Positions 38,586-51,640 of a stretch of DNA of 64,000 nucleotides are shown here, one piece after another (position 1 is the first letter of the stretch; the number at the start of each line of letters is the position of its first letter). The notes beneath the pieces are model-generated. The model saw only the letters and a list, made by a program, of their open reading frames with translations, was not told the DNA's origin and searched no databases. The stretch comes from Azolla caroliniana (Eukaryota; Plantae; Polypodiophyta), in contig JBHGNT010000001.1 in NCBI GenBank assembly GCA_043228905.1, positions 34,286,001 to 34,350,000 of the forward strand, given 5' to 3'. A program made the position numbers and the translations under genes.

Positions 38586-41500
38586 TCAAGCTTCTAGTTC
38601 ATCTTTTGATGGTTTCTTCCAGCTTTGCTTTTTCTTAGTATCATTGACTTCCCCACTTTTGTGAGACTTTTGTTTCTGTTTTGCTTCATCAATTTTTGCA
38701 CCTTGTCGTTTTGCTCTTATCATAATGCTATCGAGGTATTTTCGATCGGGCAAGTCTTTTGGGCACAATTTGTTGTATGACTGAAATCGTTGATCAGCCA
38801 TGTGTTTGTCACCAAGAATGCTGTAAATAATCCCCTGTAGTAATAAAATAAGCACCATGGAATACATCTACGCATTTTAAGAAAATCAGGCAATTTCACA
38901 CCTGACAAAGATAAGGCCGAAAATCATTCTCATCCTCTTCCATAATTTCATCATACTGCTCCAATGCTTCATGCAATTGTCCCTGTGTAGAAGCCATAGG
39001 GGGGGGAAACTATAAGAATTCCACAAAGGTGAACAAAACAAGATAGGAACCAGCACATCAAATATGTATCAGCAAATCAATCACTCAAACTGTTCTTCTA
39101 CAAACTAAATACACTAATATTTAACCTTGGAGGCCCAACTTAAAAATTGATAGACTGCATAGAACAGAGTAGATGCAATCTGCAGCCATAATAGTCATAC
39201 TTTTCTGGCAAGGAGCCAATGATCTACCAAAGAATGCTGACCACAGGGAAAAGAGTACACAAAAAGGAACTTTTCTTTCAAGTTATTTTTGGGAGCTGCA
39301 CCTATCACTGGATAAAAAACATGGCCAAACAAGGGACAGAGAAACCATCTGTATAAGTCAAGATGGACTTACATTGCTCCATACTTCAAAACTCTAGGCA
39401 AAAGATGATCAAAATTTCCAGTTATTAAGTCTCACATAGAACGTTAGCACATTCATAATTCCAAGGCCTTGGATGCTTAATTGAAAGTACATTATCAAAT
39501 ATTCAAAGTTCATGAGCATTCCATGTTATATATCTCAAACTTTAATGCACTTTAACAGGTCAGTTTTTTAAGTGACCCACATAGGAGGTGTAATTTTGAG
39601 AAGCACTATGGTTCTCTTATAAAAAAAGACATTCACTCAAAATCTGCCTCTATTTTCCAGCCATGATCATCTGTCTGCAGCTCACCCAGGAGCTTTGCAT
39701 TCAACCAAACAGTCTTGCTGATTTGTGCCATATGTTTGAATTTAGCGCTATGGAAAAGGCTAATGTTTAACAGGTAATCAAGTCACATAAAGTTTAGCTC
39801 AATGTTGATAGAGCCATTGGCATGATGTTCTCCATATAATTTTTCCTCAATTAATTAGATTGAATTATCTAGAAAGTCAAATGAGGTTGGGCAGCCTCCA
39901 CCAGTGGTTAAAATCTTCCAAAAGACATTTTCGAACTGCTTATAAGCAATCATGACATTTATGATTTTCATACTTATAGATCTTCTGGATTCCCATTGAT
40001 AAGGTCTTTGCATCTCCATGAGAATCTGTACTTTTTTATTCTCTAGCTGGCTGTATATCTAAATTCTTTTTCAAGCATAAATCCACATTTATGCATTTTA
40101 CTGTGATTGCACATTGAACTCAACAGTGGATTACAAAATTAGTATACCAGAGACAACTTGTCAATAACCTATTATTTACAAACAGGCATCTGCCAAATTC
40201 TCCAATGGAAACGGCACCCCAGTGACTTTTACAAACCAGCCCAGACATTCTCCTTATATAGTTACAACTACTCTAACACCATATACCACATACAACTTCT
40301 ACTAGCTTGAAATCAGAAAAATTGCAGTCCTCAAAATGTTATTTCCTCTCAGATACAGATTCCATTAAAATCCTAAAGTTTGCACATGAACACAAGATGC
40401 AGAACAGGAAGTTGTGTGTATACCTTTAGCATTAGAAATTGCCCAATAAGCATTCCCATATTCCGAGCCTCTTCAGTTTTTTTTTCTTTTTTGGCTTTTC
40501 CAATTGTCTCCTCTGCTATCTCATATGCTTTCTCCACCTCCCCTAGTTGATCCATCACTATCAACAATCCCTCCATTGATTCAATAGAAAACAAAATCAG
40601 CATGTTCTGAAATCTTACATCAGCAAAAACTTTAAACAGAGAAACCAGAAAATTAGTCCCATTACCAGATACCACTATAAACCAACAAAAATAATTATTA
40701 TAATAGTTTATCATGAATTTTCTACTCAAATGCTCAATTAAATGAATGATTATATACCTGCAATGCTTTAGCTGAAAAAGGTTCAAGCTTAAGGATATAC
40801 TGAAAAGTTTCTTTTGCTAATTGATGCTGTCCAGTCATCTCAAAAGCTTGAGCTTTCATGTATTTCCAATGAATTTCATTTGGGTTCAAGACCTCAAGCT
40901 TTTCAAATATGATAAGAGAGCGAGCAAAATCATCTTTCTCAACCAATCTCTTACCCAAGCATTCTAATGCAGAGATATTTGTTGGATCTCCCTCTAGAAT
41001 GTCCTTCAGCATGAGATCCATGGAACCCTTAGATAAATCCAAATCCTTCCAAAAATCTAGCCCTAACCCATACTCTTCCTGCTGTGAACCGTTTTTTGTT
41101 TGAACCCCTGTCCCAGAAACATTTTCCACAATGCCTACTTGAACCTCCGTGGCTGAAACATTTTCCGCAATGGTTACTTGAACCCCCTTCTCTAAAACAT
41201 TTTCCGCAATGGTTGCTTCAACTCCTGTCTCTGAAACTTTTTCTGCAATGGTTGCTTCAACCCCTGTCTCTGAAATGTTTTCTGCAATGGTTGCTTCAAC
41301 CCCTGTCTCTGAAACTTTTTTCACAACGATTTCAACAATTGTTTCTGCAACATTATTTTCAGTAGTTGCTTCGATCTTATCTCCAGAAGCACTATCAGCC
41401 TCTGTTTCTGCAACTTTATCTCCATTCGTTTCTTGTGTGCCTATCTCCGCACCCTTTGCGGTGGTTTCTTCTACAGAGATTTGAGCCTCTGTTTGTGCAA

Positions 41501-41891
41501 CTTTGCTGTCAATGGTTGCTTCCACAACAACGACGGGAGGAGGCGATTCTGCTCGAGCTGGTTTACTGAGGCTGAGCCCAATCCCAGCCACAAGGAGAGC
41601 TCTACAGAGGAGCAAAGAAATATACCGTATGGTTGACGAAGCAGATTGGACTGGAGGGATGTTAGGGTTCTCCATTATTACCTTAATGCTCTGCGCTCCT
41701 CCTAAACAAATATCTGAGCCCGGCTTGATTTGCTTCCTGGCCATATCTTTGCAGGAGAAAACCTTTGTGCTGACAAAGGAGAGGCATCTTCTTGGGGGTG
41801 AGGGATGGAAGAAGAGGCTCTTCCGCAGCTGATGACGACGAGAAGGCTGGAGAAAGCATGGCCTCAAACCTGCGAAGCTCCAAGCTTCCAT
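38586..41891 (-). CDS. Chloroplast TPR protein, SLOW GREEN 1-like
   Basis: Exons 41891-40758, 40570-40424, 38982-38902 and 38834-38586 join in frame. Transit-peptide-like N-terminus, TPR-like helices (EKLEVLNPNEIHWKYMKA, ILKLEPFSAKALQGL) and the family motif DENDFRPYLCQGIIYSILG. Confidence 0.85.
41100..41350 (-). repeat. Coding 39-bp (13-aa) tandem repeat, about 6 copies, in exon 1 of the TPR gene
   Basis: VSETGVEATIAEN / ISETGVEATIAEK / VSETGVEATIAEN / VLEKGVQVTIAEN / VSATEVQVGIVEN / VSGTGVQ. Confidence 0.9.
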
Positions 41892-42048
41892 ATTTCTGTG
41901 TGTGTGTGTGTGTGGCTTTGATTCCTTTAATGTTTCTGCTCTCTGCTCTGTTTCCTACTACCCACCCGGGCACCTAGGGCTTAGTTTGTACTATGTATAA
42001 TATAACTATGGCCTATACCCTAAAACTACTTCATCTTCGCATGACCTA

Positions 42049-42069
42049 AAACCCTAAACCCTAAACCCT
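42049..42069. promoter_or_regulatory. Telo-box cluster (AAACCCT x3) upstream of the TPR gene
   Basis: AAACCCTAAACCCTAAACCCT lies about 160 bp upstream of the ATG at 41891. Telo-boxes are established plant promoter elements. Confidence 0.55.
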
Positions 42070-42102
42070 TCTACTGACTCCCTTGCTTGTATGTATCACA
42101 AA

Positions 42103-42257
42103 TACATAACACATTCAGGTGCACCTAGGGCTTTGTTTGTTTGTACTATAACTAAATACAACTATGGCCTATAGAGTTTAGGGTTTATAGGCCATAGTTG
42201 TATTTAGTTATAGTACAAACAAACATAAGCCCTAGGTGCACCTGAATGTGTTATGTA
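42103..42257. repeat. Near-perfect inverted repeat (71/72-bp arms, 12-nt loop)
   Basis: 42103-42173 is the reverse complement of 42186-42257 apart from one 1-nt indel. The loop GAGTTTAGGGTT contains a plant telomere motif. Confidence 0.92.
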
Positions 42258-42967
42258 ACCCTAACCCCTTCTATGAACTCCCTTTTTTGTAATCACAGGT
42301 GTACATATGTACCACATTCAAGTGTTGCTCGAATGCCCAACAATAGTATAGTCAGAGAGCCAGACATGCGTATGTAGAATATCAACTATTCAACTCCATC
42401 ATGTGATGAGGGCCCATGTGAGCATACAAAATGGGGGGAACATCAATTCACATATAGAAAGAATTATACCACATCGACCTTTAGAAAACTTTCGTCCTTG
42501 TAGTATAATGTACCATTATTAGACTATTCATTATATTCGTGCTTCAATTACATCTTCTTAGCTGATATACATGCAAGGGGGAGATGAGAACCATGTAAAA
42601 GACCTTCAATGTAACCATCACCTTGGTCGAGACCTTGAAGCGGGGTTACCTTGCTCTTCATCGATAAACATATCAACATACCTTATCGTAACATTTCATG
42701 TTGTAATTCTCACATTCTACACCTACTTTAGATTGTCCTTGGTGATCATACATTCGAATTTCAAAACATTCCATTATCAAAATGTGATCGTCATTGTCAG
42801 GGATGTGCCTCCAACTTAATATTGGTCAAGCTCTAGTTTAATATGCATGTCTTACCATTGATCCATTTGCATGATTTTAAAACCATGGTTGATGGTGGGT
42901 TTGTTCGCCCTCACATTTAATTTGGGCAATGACACTTCTTGTTGCTAACATTCCAAATAGCCCCCTA

Positions 42968-43113
42968 CCATCTTTACATGATACCAAAATGCAAACGCCG
43001 GGAGAAATCCTTAAGATAAAAATAAAAATACCAATTTGTAAAATCATAAATGCAGAAGTATAAGCATTTTACTTCTTCTTCTTCACTTTCTCATCTTCGG
43101 GCCAATTGAGCGT

Positions 43114-43154
<41 letters not shown>

Positions 43155-43320
43155 ATCTTTACATGATACCAAAATGCAAACAAAGGGAGAAATCCTTAAG
43201 ATAAATATATAAATACCAAATTGTAAAAGCATAAAAGCGGAAGTATAAGCTTTTTACTTTGTCTTCTTCACTTTCTCATCTTTATCGCCAATTGAGCATA
43301 GTCTCTCTCTCTCTCTCTAT
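42968..43320. repeat. Tandem duplication of about 185 bp, each copy ending in (CT)n
   Basis: CATCTTTACATGATACCAAAATGCAAAC...GGAGAAATCCTTAAGATAAA...CAATTGAGC.TAGTCTCTCTC occurs twice. Confidence 0.85.
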
Positions 43321-43453
43321 CTGTTTTTATTGTAATTAGCTTACCCTGATCGTAAGCTGTTACACTATTATTAACACTATGTCTTGGGTTCGAAACCCTA
43401 TCTCTCACCTCTCTATTACTTCATATATATCTCTTAATTTACTAGATGCCACT

Positions 43454-43525
43454 GTGGAATGTAGGGGTTGAACCCATAACATCTTGGTCTCCATTAGGCA
43501 ACCTTACCAATTGAACTACATCCAA
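43454..43525 (-). pseudogene. tRNA-like pseudogene or tRNA-derived SINE head
   Basis: The minus strand reads TGGATGTAGTTCAATTGGTAAGG...GATGTTATGGGTTCAACCCCTACATTCCA, with an A-box, a B-box and a partial acceptor stem at tRNA spacing. The anticodon stem does not pair. Confidence 0.55.
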
Positions 43526-44475
43526 CTCTGTCTGTGTGTCTCTCTCTCTTCTAGTGACTTCATCCTCATCAACAACCTTTTGTATGCAATGTATTTCATG
43601 TGGTTTAAGATAAAACCACATGTCATGCATTTGTGTTGTGACACATATCCTCAACAAGATGCGAGAGTGCAATGAGACATTGTAAAAGATAATATGTGTT
43701 GCATACTTGCATTCGAGTACGAAGGAGACAACGATATATAAACTTCGAAAAAGAGAGGCACTCATTTTTTAGTATGAGAAAGGAGTTATCATTTGATGGT
43801 GTCAATGGAGTACTATACGATACACGTAAGCATCAAGGAAATTTGATTTCAACGCTTCTCATAGGCGAGCTTTTCAGGCACCTTGTCCTGGCTGGTGTTT
43901 GTTTGTCTTTATTTTAACGAGTTTACAACGGGTTAAAAGGGTTCACCTTTGTCCAATCTCACTATGTCCCATAAGTGAATCCCATGACCTTGTTGTTGCT
44001 TATCATCACTAAGGTGAAACCCATTATGATTAGAAAGACGGAGAGATTATAAAACCAATTAAAACCACGAGTGCCATAGGCACCTAATTACATGTTCCCA
44101 ATATAGCTCAAATCACAAGGCAATACAAAGGGAGTGTAACAAAGGTATGTATACCATAATGATAAAAGGAAGTAAAAATGCCATTTTTTTGATGCGGATG
44201 TTAACATGAAAGTGAAGATTTGAATGAAGATCTTCTGTAATTAATACATATAACCTAAAGAATTGGCCTACAGATGCCCATGGTTGATTAACCTAAATAA
44301 TTTACCCTGTGTTAGATATGTGTAGACACCCTAAATAGCTAGCCACTAATGTAACGCCCATTACAGAGCGACAGAAACAGAGACAGACAGACAGACAGAA
44401 GGAACCACCATCATGGCACCTACTTACATGCTCTTCGTAAAGCACGGCATATTCATAGATGGGTTCTATATATGA

Positions 44476-44682
44476 TTAATAATGCTTGTTTACAGCGTGA
44501 GGCAGTGGTGTGGAAGTATTAGTAGCCATCAAGGGCTGATAAGTGTTGAAAGAAGAAGAAGAAGAAGAAGAAGAAGAAGGAGAAGAAGGCAGCCTCTGGT
44601 AGCCATGGGGGTTAACACCGGATTGGCGCGTCTGGCAGATGGTCCTGTACACACACGGAATGAGACCTGAGCATTTGTCCAT
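44476..44682 (-). CDS. Small intronless 68-aa protein resembling uncharacterised plant 'GLIPxVYRAI..Y.RLP' small proteins
   Basis: MDKCSGLIPCVYRTICQ...GYQRLPSS resembles, from recall, the N-terminal GLIP(F/L)VYRAI and YxRLP motifs of a small plant protein family. A TATA-like run lies about 150 bp upstream (about 44835). The poly-Ser is encoded by a (TTC)n microsatellite. Confidence 0.55.
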   Translation of the reverse strand: MDKCSGLIPCVYRTICQTRQSGVNPHGYQRLPSSPSSSSSSSSSFNTYQPLMATNTSTPLPHAVNKHY

Positions 44683-45016
44683 CTCCCAAGCTTTTAAGGA
44701 ACGAGAACTAATGGCAAGCTCCTCCTCAGATATCTGATTTTATATCGATCGATCTTATCCCAGGGCTCTAATTAATGATGCGATTTCTCAAATTCAACTA
44801 TCAAAATGATTGAAGGTCTAGACTCTCTCTCTATATATATGTATGCTTATAATTGGTGGATGGATGGATGGATTAGATATATTAGATCCTCTTGCTTGAC
44901 GGGATATTGGTGTGTTCTTCTTTCAATTTGTAGCACTCTGTTTAGAGCTAGCTCCTTTTTTATAGCCGGGTGAGGTGAATATGTTGGCTCACTCTACATA
45001 GAGCTCATAGGACTAG

Positions 45017-45052
<36 letters not shown>

Positions 45053-46726
45053 CTGTTAGGGGTGGGTGGATTCTGATGTTCACGAGCCAAAAATGTGTAT
45101 GTGTATGTACATAGAGCCAAAAATGTGTATGTATACGTATTTAAAGAGTATGTGCGCCTCCTCCTGCAATAGGTCAAAAGAGAAGCATGGTGGGGGGAAT
45201 GATTTTTGTAGAACACTTTCACATTTTCCTTCTTCACCATCATTTTACATGTGCTTAAATAATGCTAGTAACCCATGACGCATGTTTTCTTCTCTTTTTG
45301 TCTGTTTTACAGCCTTATGAAGAGATACATAGATAGATATATCCACATACAAACCCACCCATCCGTAGATAACTTGTTATCCACCACATGTAGCTTGTAC
45401 TAGTAGTAGTCTCTTCTCGGGATCATCCCACCCCATGAATTGCCATCGTGCACAAAGACCATACATGGCAGCTTTGGTACCATGCCGTCCCCCACATTTT
45501 GTACACACAATTCTATGAAAATCTTCATATCATGAGATGTTGAATTGCATCGATGTACTCATTCTCAATTCCTTTATAAGAATATGCTAGAGCGCTACAA
45601 CTTGTTACATACTCCACCGCGCCAACGGTTAGTACAATTCATCACAACATCCTTTGTGCAATGTTCGCTAGCGTGTTCCATTGAGTAGTGACCTTTTATG
45701 ATCAACTTGCCAAGGAAAATTATCCACCATATGCGTGTGCTCCTTGTACATTGCGACCAAAAAAGTTGTAAAGAAAACCACTTATAGTTATAACACCATT
45801 CAAAGATATACTTATATAGACCCCCGTAATTTAGGAATCAATAGAATATCTACAACAAATTTGGGTCTTACAAATTAATCAAGGATCAATAAATGTATTC
45901 CAAAACCAAAGCTCTCTCTCTCTCTCTCAAAAGAAAGGGTGCACATTCACTCTAAGAGAGAAAGTAGGTAAGTTTGTAGAGCTGATTGGACAAACATAAT
46001 GTTGTTTGTGAGATTCCGACATATCCTAGGGGCTCTATTATGAGATGGAAGAATCACTTTTTGAACAAACCTACAACCACATGCATGTTATGCTATGTAT
46101 GTCTAATTATAGCCAAACATTGATCTTGCTCATGGTTTCTTGTGACAATTAATGGTAGCAAACATTGGCACCTCATAACTTCATCTAATGCACTCGAAGC
46201 ATTTGGACTATCATTTAGTCTACTCATCTCATTCACATTCAACCATGCATCAAACGCTCACCACTAAAAAAAACTAGCGCTCTCCCGATAAAATTAATTC
46301 AAATGTTTCTTTGATATTTATCCAAGCTCGAGACAACAATAATGTAGGAACTCGTTCTTAAATTAATATAGTAATTAGTGACCGTAACAAGTTTTTAAAT
46401 TGATGCACCTTTATATTTAATCCAAGCAAACAATTAACACGATAGGTAACATATCTTGATCTTGGACTATTTGATGTGATAAATCATTCACCCTTGTAAG
46501 GATGGGCATACATAGATAGAGATGGAGAAATCTCTCAATTAGCCCCCTAAGCAAACTCCAACAGGAAAGAAGCTACTTACAAAGATTTAACATAGTTCAA
46601 AGTTTTACCCTACATTACACACCCTTGTTATATAGCAACCATGGACTTGAACAATCCAAAGTTATACTTTAAAATACATATCCCACTCTGTAAGCATCAT
46701 TACTACATTAATCTGAAGCAGAATTA

Positions 46727-48404
46727 CTACTGTGGCGGGTAGATGCAATTTCCATAACCTGCAAAATACATAAGAGATAATGGATATATGGTAAGAATAT
46801 TAACAAGTTGTCCTCAACATACCTCTCTGTCAAGAAGAACTCACAACATCTCCAAAACAAATAATGCTGCACTTGGGGAAATACTCTGAGGGTTTCTTTA
46901 TTTCCCCAAATGAACTGAAATTTTAACTATTTAGCTCGTGTTGTGATTAACAATTGATGGCGAGAGAAGAACGGGAATGAATCAACCATATCATTACTCA
47001 AACGGTGAATCCAATTGAGGAAAAGGGGATGAAATGACCACATAATTGCTTAAATGGCACATCAAATTGCTCTAGAGATCAAGGGCATTTGAGGGGAAAA
47101 AAACTTTGCAGCATTTTCCTTAAAACAAATCTACTCATAAATTCGCACCATCAGCAGAGCAAATATAAAACTTACTTGGGTCAGTGAAGACAACAAGACC
47201 AGTGCTGTGGAAGTCACAGTTCCAATAGTTGCGACCTTGTGCCTGATAATAACGATTCATTGCATAGGATGCATGGGAAAGAAGGGTGTTGGGATTATGG
47301 CATGAACCTCCTGGATCCAATGCCATACAATTAACACCACCTTGTCCACACGCAAAATTCAGATTGTCAATGAGCTTCTCATCTGGGGTAGAAGGATTAG
47401 CCACACACCACAACTTTCGCCCTCCTTGTGGTTGTTGTTGTTGGAGCTCCTATAAGAGCACAATAGATAGATGAATGATATGGATTGGAGCAACAAATGG
47501 GTGTGTATAGCTTTAAATAACCACGAGAGACACTTCGAGAAAAGAGATCAAACAGTATTATTATTATCGCTTGTGATTCATTTCGTTAGACATAGAAGTT
47601 AAGCACGTGAATCCAATGAACATGATTGATATCTAATGATACTTCGTAATGCAATATAAATTTCTATAGTACTACGACAAGGTTCCTATGGTGGTTTTTG
47701 TTACACATAGAACGACAACTAATTTATACTTGTTCTTAAATTTGTGATTCTTGTTCTTAGGTAAACGGAACTATTAGGTAAACTAAAACTAGCCAGGGAA
47801 CGATCATATTTGCTTGCATCTGAACTTTTGTCTCGAACAACTCTATGTGGAGGAACAACATTATTCTTAGATGATTCTCCTTGTTTTAGTCGAAGCCTCT
47901 TCTCTCTCCTTCATAATCTAGAAATACACTTCCATACAATCTCGACAATGAGTCCCTGTGAGTATTGTTTGAATATCGCTTCCTCAAAACATTAAACAGG
48001 ACAGAAACATTGAAAAGAAAGCAGCCACATTGTGCCATATTTTTATAAAAGCATATTCCAGCAGACAATTGGGTCAAAAGAAAAAGGAACAGTTCTGTAT
48101 AAATGGAAACATTGAGCTAAGAAAACGAATCATTAACCTGCCAAATGTTTGGAAAGAAACATTTAACCAGATCGAGAGAGAAACATCATAAGGTTCCTGA
48201 GGCTTACAGCAGAATGCAAGTCGTTACTCGTGACGACAGACGAGACGGCATAACCGGATGCTGAAACAGGAAAGGTGAGACAGAGTTGAGCAGATAAAAA
48301 CTGTGGGGGAGGGGGAGGGGGAGGAAGTAACCTGAGAACAGAAGGCAGAACGTAATTAGTATAAAATGACGATAAGAAGTGAGCATTGATGACGGAGCTT
48401 CCAT
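46727..48404 (-). CDS. Secreted X8 (CBM43) domain protein, Ole e 10-like, no GPI tail
   Basis: Exons 48404-48332, 48260-48208, 47449-47176 and 46758-46727 join in frame. Signal peptide (FILITFCLLFSASG), then the X8 pattern WCVA..NFACG..C..GGSC..PNT..SHASYAMN.YYQ..CDF..DPSYGNC.YP, then the stop. Confidence 0.9.
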
Positions 48405-51041
48405 GGCTTCTTCTACTTCGCACGCTCAGCCACAGAGAAGAGGCTCCTCCTGTATGTCTGTGACGGAAAGAAGGAGAGAGAGCTTTTCCAAATTACCCCC
48501 GAACTTTTCCAAATTACCTTAATGCCCTCCTCCCTCTTAATATCCCTTCTTTGCCTTGAGATTTAATGACTCTTATTAGATGTAACCTCTTATACATAAA
48601 AGTGTTTGGTTGGTCCTTCTCTCTTCCATTTTGGTCTATGGTTCTTCTCTATCAAAACCTATAGGGTCGGGTGGGCCTTTTGTCAACTTCAATTAGGCAT
48701 TCTTTGATCTCAACAATCTTTCCTTTGTTTGGAGAGGGTTGCTCCCTTGCATTTTTGGTAGAGCTTCACCATGGTCTCGCCTCATTGTTGAGGTGTGAAT
48801 TGGAGGGGCTTTGAATTGGCATAACCTAACTATGAATGAATATTAGACAAGGATGGTTGTGACATTAATATATCTAAAGTCTATCCATGTAAATTTTAAA
48901 CCTTATTGTTGTAGGTTCTGATTTCATATTGGCACTAGGATATCCATTCTCAAGCACCCTAATCCACGTGGCATTTTGGACAAGTTACGTTACTAGTTCA
49001 TACTCTCTTCATACATGGAGATTTTCACTACTCTATAGTTCTAATATTCAAAAGAATAAAATTAATAACAGGTTATTGACAAGTAATCAAGGCAGTGGTT
49101 GTTGACAAAGGCCAATAAAGAGTGGATAATAAATAGAAAGAGTGTTAAAGAGAAGAGAAGGTGTCATGATAGCGAAAGACCAAAAGCAAGTGAATGTGTC
49201 GAGAGGATTTGGTAAAAGGTGCTTCAGTCCTTGTTGTAAACAATACAAAAGACACAACAACAAATAGGACTTTATACTTCAAAGAAACAATTCCCTAGAA
49301 ATACTACTTTTTTTCAAAGGAATGTATGTTACAAAAGATTATAAACATTTTATAGCCCAACATTTGAATTAGTTAATATGTAATTCAACAATGCTTGAAT
49401 TTGCCCATCTACATAAATGCCAATTTTGTTGTTGTTTCATATTGGCAATGTATCGAAAGCTCGACGTATGAGTTTCAACGCAATCAAAACTGCTCTATAG
49501 GTTGTAGTGTTTGTTTGACATGTGCTTCATGCATTATTGGGCTTTTTTATGCCCAATTTTGAGAATGTCTAATATCAAACCCTGTAAACATTGTTTGTGT
49601 GTTTTCTCCCCAAAGAATAGTAATGTAATGGATGCTTTGCTAAAAAAAAGTTGTGTGAATGTAATTGTGCCTAAGTATGGTTTAAGTTGGTAGTAAAACA
49701 TTGTGTCTTTTATAATATCTAAATGATAAATGACAAATTCTTCCTGAGTGAAATTAGAATTCTCAACGAGACTATGAACCAAAAAGTTCAAACACCACGT
49801 AATTTAGAAAATGACAGGCTTGAATTAGATTCGTAGCTCGTGCACAAAATAGCTTTTTCTCTTTTAGAGATACATATGTACATATATACCTTGATAAGGA
49901 AGCGAAAGAAAAGTACGCAGTCAAATGCATTCCATGAGGACCAACTATTTGTCATGAATGATGAATTAAATTAAAAATTATCATTATTATCATTTATGAC
50001 TATGTCCGTTAATTTAGAATACATATGTAATATATATATATTACAAAAATATATATAAAATTTGTAAGTAGCATTCATGAATTTCAAATGATTAACATTG
50101 ATGTGTTAGAATTTGTTAAGATTGATCTATTTTTTGAAATCATTGACATTATTGGTCCATTCCAAAACTGTTAACAGTTGATCTATTGTGTAGAAATGTA
50201 ACGATAAACTCAAGTACTCTTGAATTTTTAAGACCAACATATGGTGATGTTTGGACTCTACCAATTACTAAGGAAACTATTCAAGGTGTTTCTGTAAAAA
50301 GGAAAAAATCATGCATAACATAAGAATAAGCACATTTATTACAAGCCCTGAACCTATGAAACCCATGTTGTGTGTAAAGAAAAATGTATGTTGGTTCCAG
50401 GTAGACAAGTGTCAATATCTAAGATCAATATATTCACAGTCTTATAAATGGGGTTTAATCATGTTTCCATTGTGCCTACGATGTATATAAGGGGCAATTA
50501 CCCAATAGAGTGTACATCCACACAAAATGTGTAGCAGTACATTTGTGACAATATAGACAACTTGTGCATATATGTCTCATGGTTTCTTCTAGATTCTCTA
50601 CTTGTGGATTATAAAGTTATAATATGATCATAAACTTAATTAAATCCACGGTCATCTTAAAAAGTACAATTCTATTGTTTGACAATACAAGCATTTGAGA
50701 AAATATTAGCCAACATATAGCTATGCGTATTCAAGCAATCATCATCCATACTAGGTTTAGCTTGGTCAAATCCTCCTCTCTCTCTTTTTTTTGTGCTAGC
50801 ACATGCGGCCCACAATTGGTACAAAATGATGCCATGGCCCATGGGCATTATTCGTTCCTGGTGTCCAATATCGTTGACTTGGACAAAATGTGCGAATTGT
50901 GCCAAACCGTAAGGTTTGGAAGAAGTCTTGTCAAGTAATTCATTGCAAACACAAGTTTGAGGGTGCGTATGTTGTGTAAAGAGAGCACACGCACACGTGA
51001 AGAAGAAGAAGAAGAAGAAATGAGTTCCCAAGTTGAAGCCA

Positions 51042-51212
51042 TATATACATACATACATACATACATATGTACATAAATACATACATACATACATAAATAC
51101 ATACATACATACATACATATACATCCATCCATCCATCCATACATACATACATACATATACATCCATCCATCCATACATACATATACATCCATCCATCCAT
51201 CCATCCATACAT
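51042..51212. repeat. Compound (ATAC)n/(ATCC)n microsatellite
   Basis: About 170 bp of alternating ATAC and ATCC tetramers. It produces the spurious YIHT/MYVC ORFs. Confidence 0.95.
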
Positions 51213-51640
51213 ATAATTCTAATTTGGAACCAGACTTTCCTTCCTTTTTCTCCTTCCTCTCTCTTTCTCTGTGTATTATTATGGACACAATGTCGTGGTT
51301 GACCAAAACATCGTAATACGAATGAATGAGAGAGAAGAACGTTCAAAGATTCAGGGCGGCCATTTCCCTCCCTTCACTTCCAAAATTACTTAACATGGTA
51401 TTGTATATATGTTTCATATGTAATACCTACATATATGCATACATCCACCACACTGCAGAAAAAAATCCTGCTACTTTTCCTTTGTATTATAATCTGTATG
51501 CATATACATATATCCATCCAATCCACCATCACACATCATCAGGGTTTAATCCTGTAACTGCCCCTCCCTCATAATTCTTTCATTGCTGTAACCATATTAT
51601 TGAGAAAGAAAGTAAATCAGCCGCCATTCTCCTCTCATTG

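Noticed and set aside
44482-44670. Plus-strand ORF with poly-Arg and a CLE-like ending
   Set aside because: No signal peptide and no true CLE motif. It is the antisense of the better-supported minus-strand ORF across a (GAA)n microsatellite.
44880-45130. GGGATATTGGTG and ATGTTGGCTC resemble miR171 star-arm sequences
   Set aside because: No complementary mature arm (TTGAGCCG.GCCAATATC) and no extended fold-back nearby.
47810-47920. Possible extra exon in intron 2 of the X8 gene
   Set aside because: The frames after the best AG hit stops, and exons 2 and 3 already join in phase without it.
50672-51346. Long ORFs of up to 224 aa with MYVC/YIHT repeats
   Set aside because: Artefacts of the (ATAC)n/(ATCC)n microsatellite.
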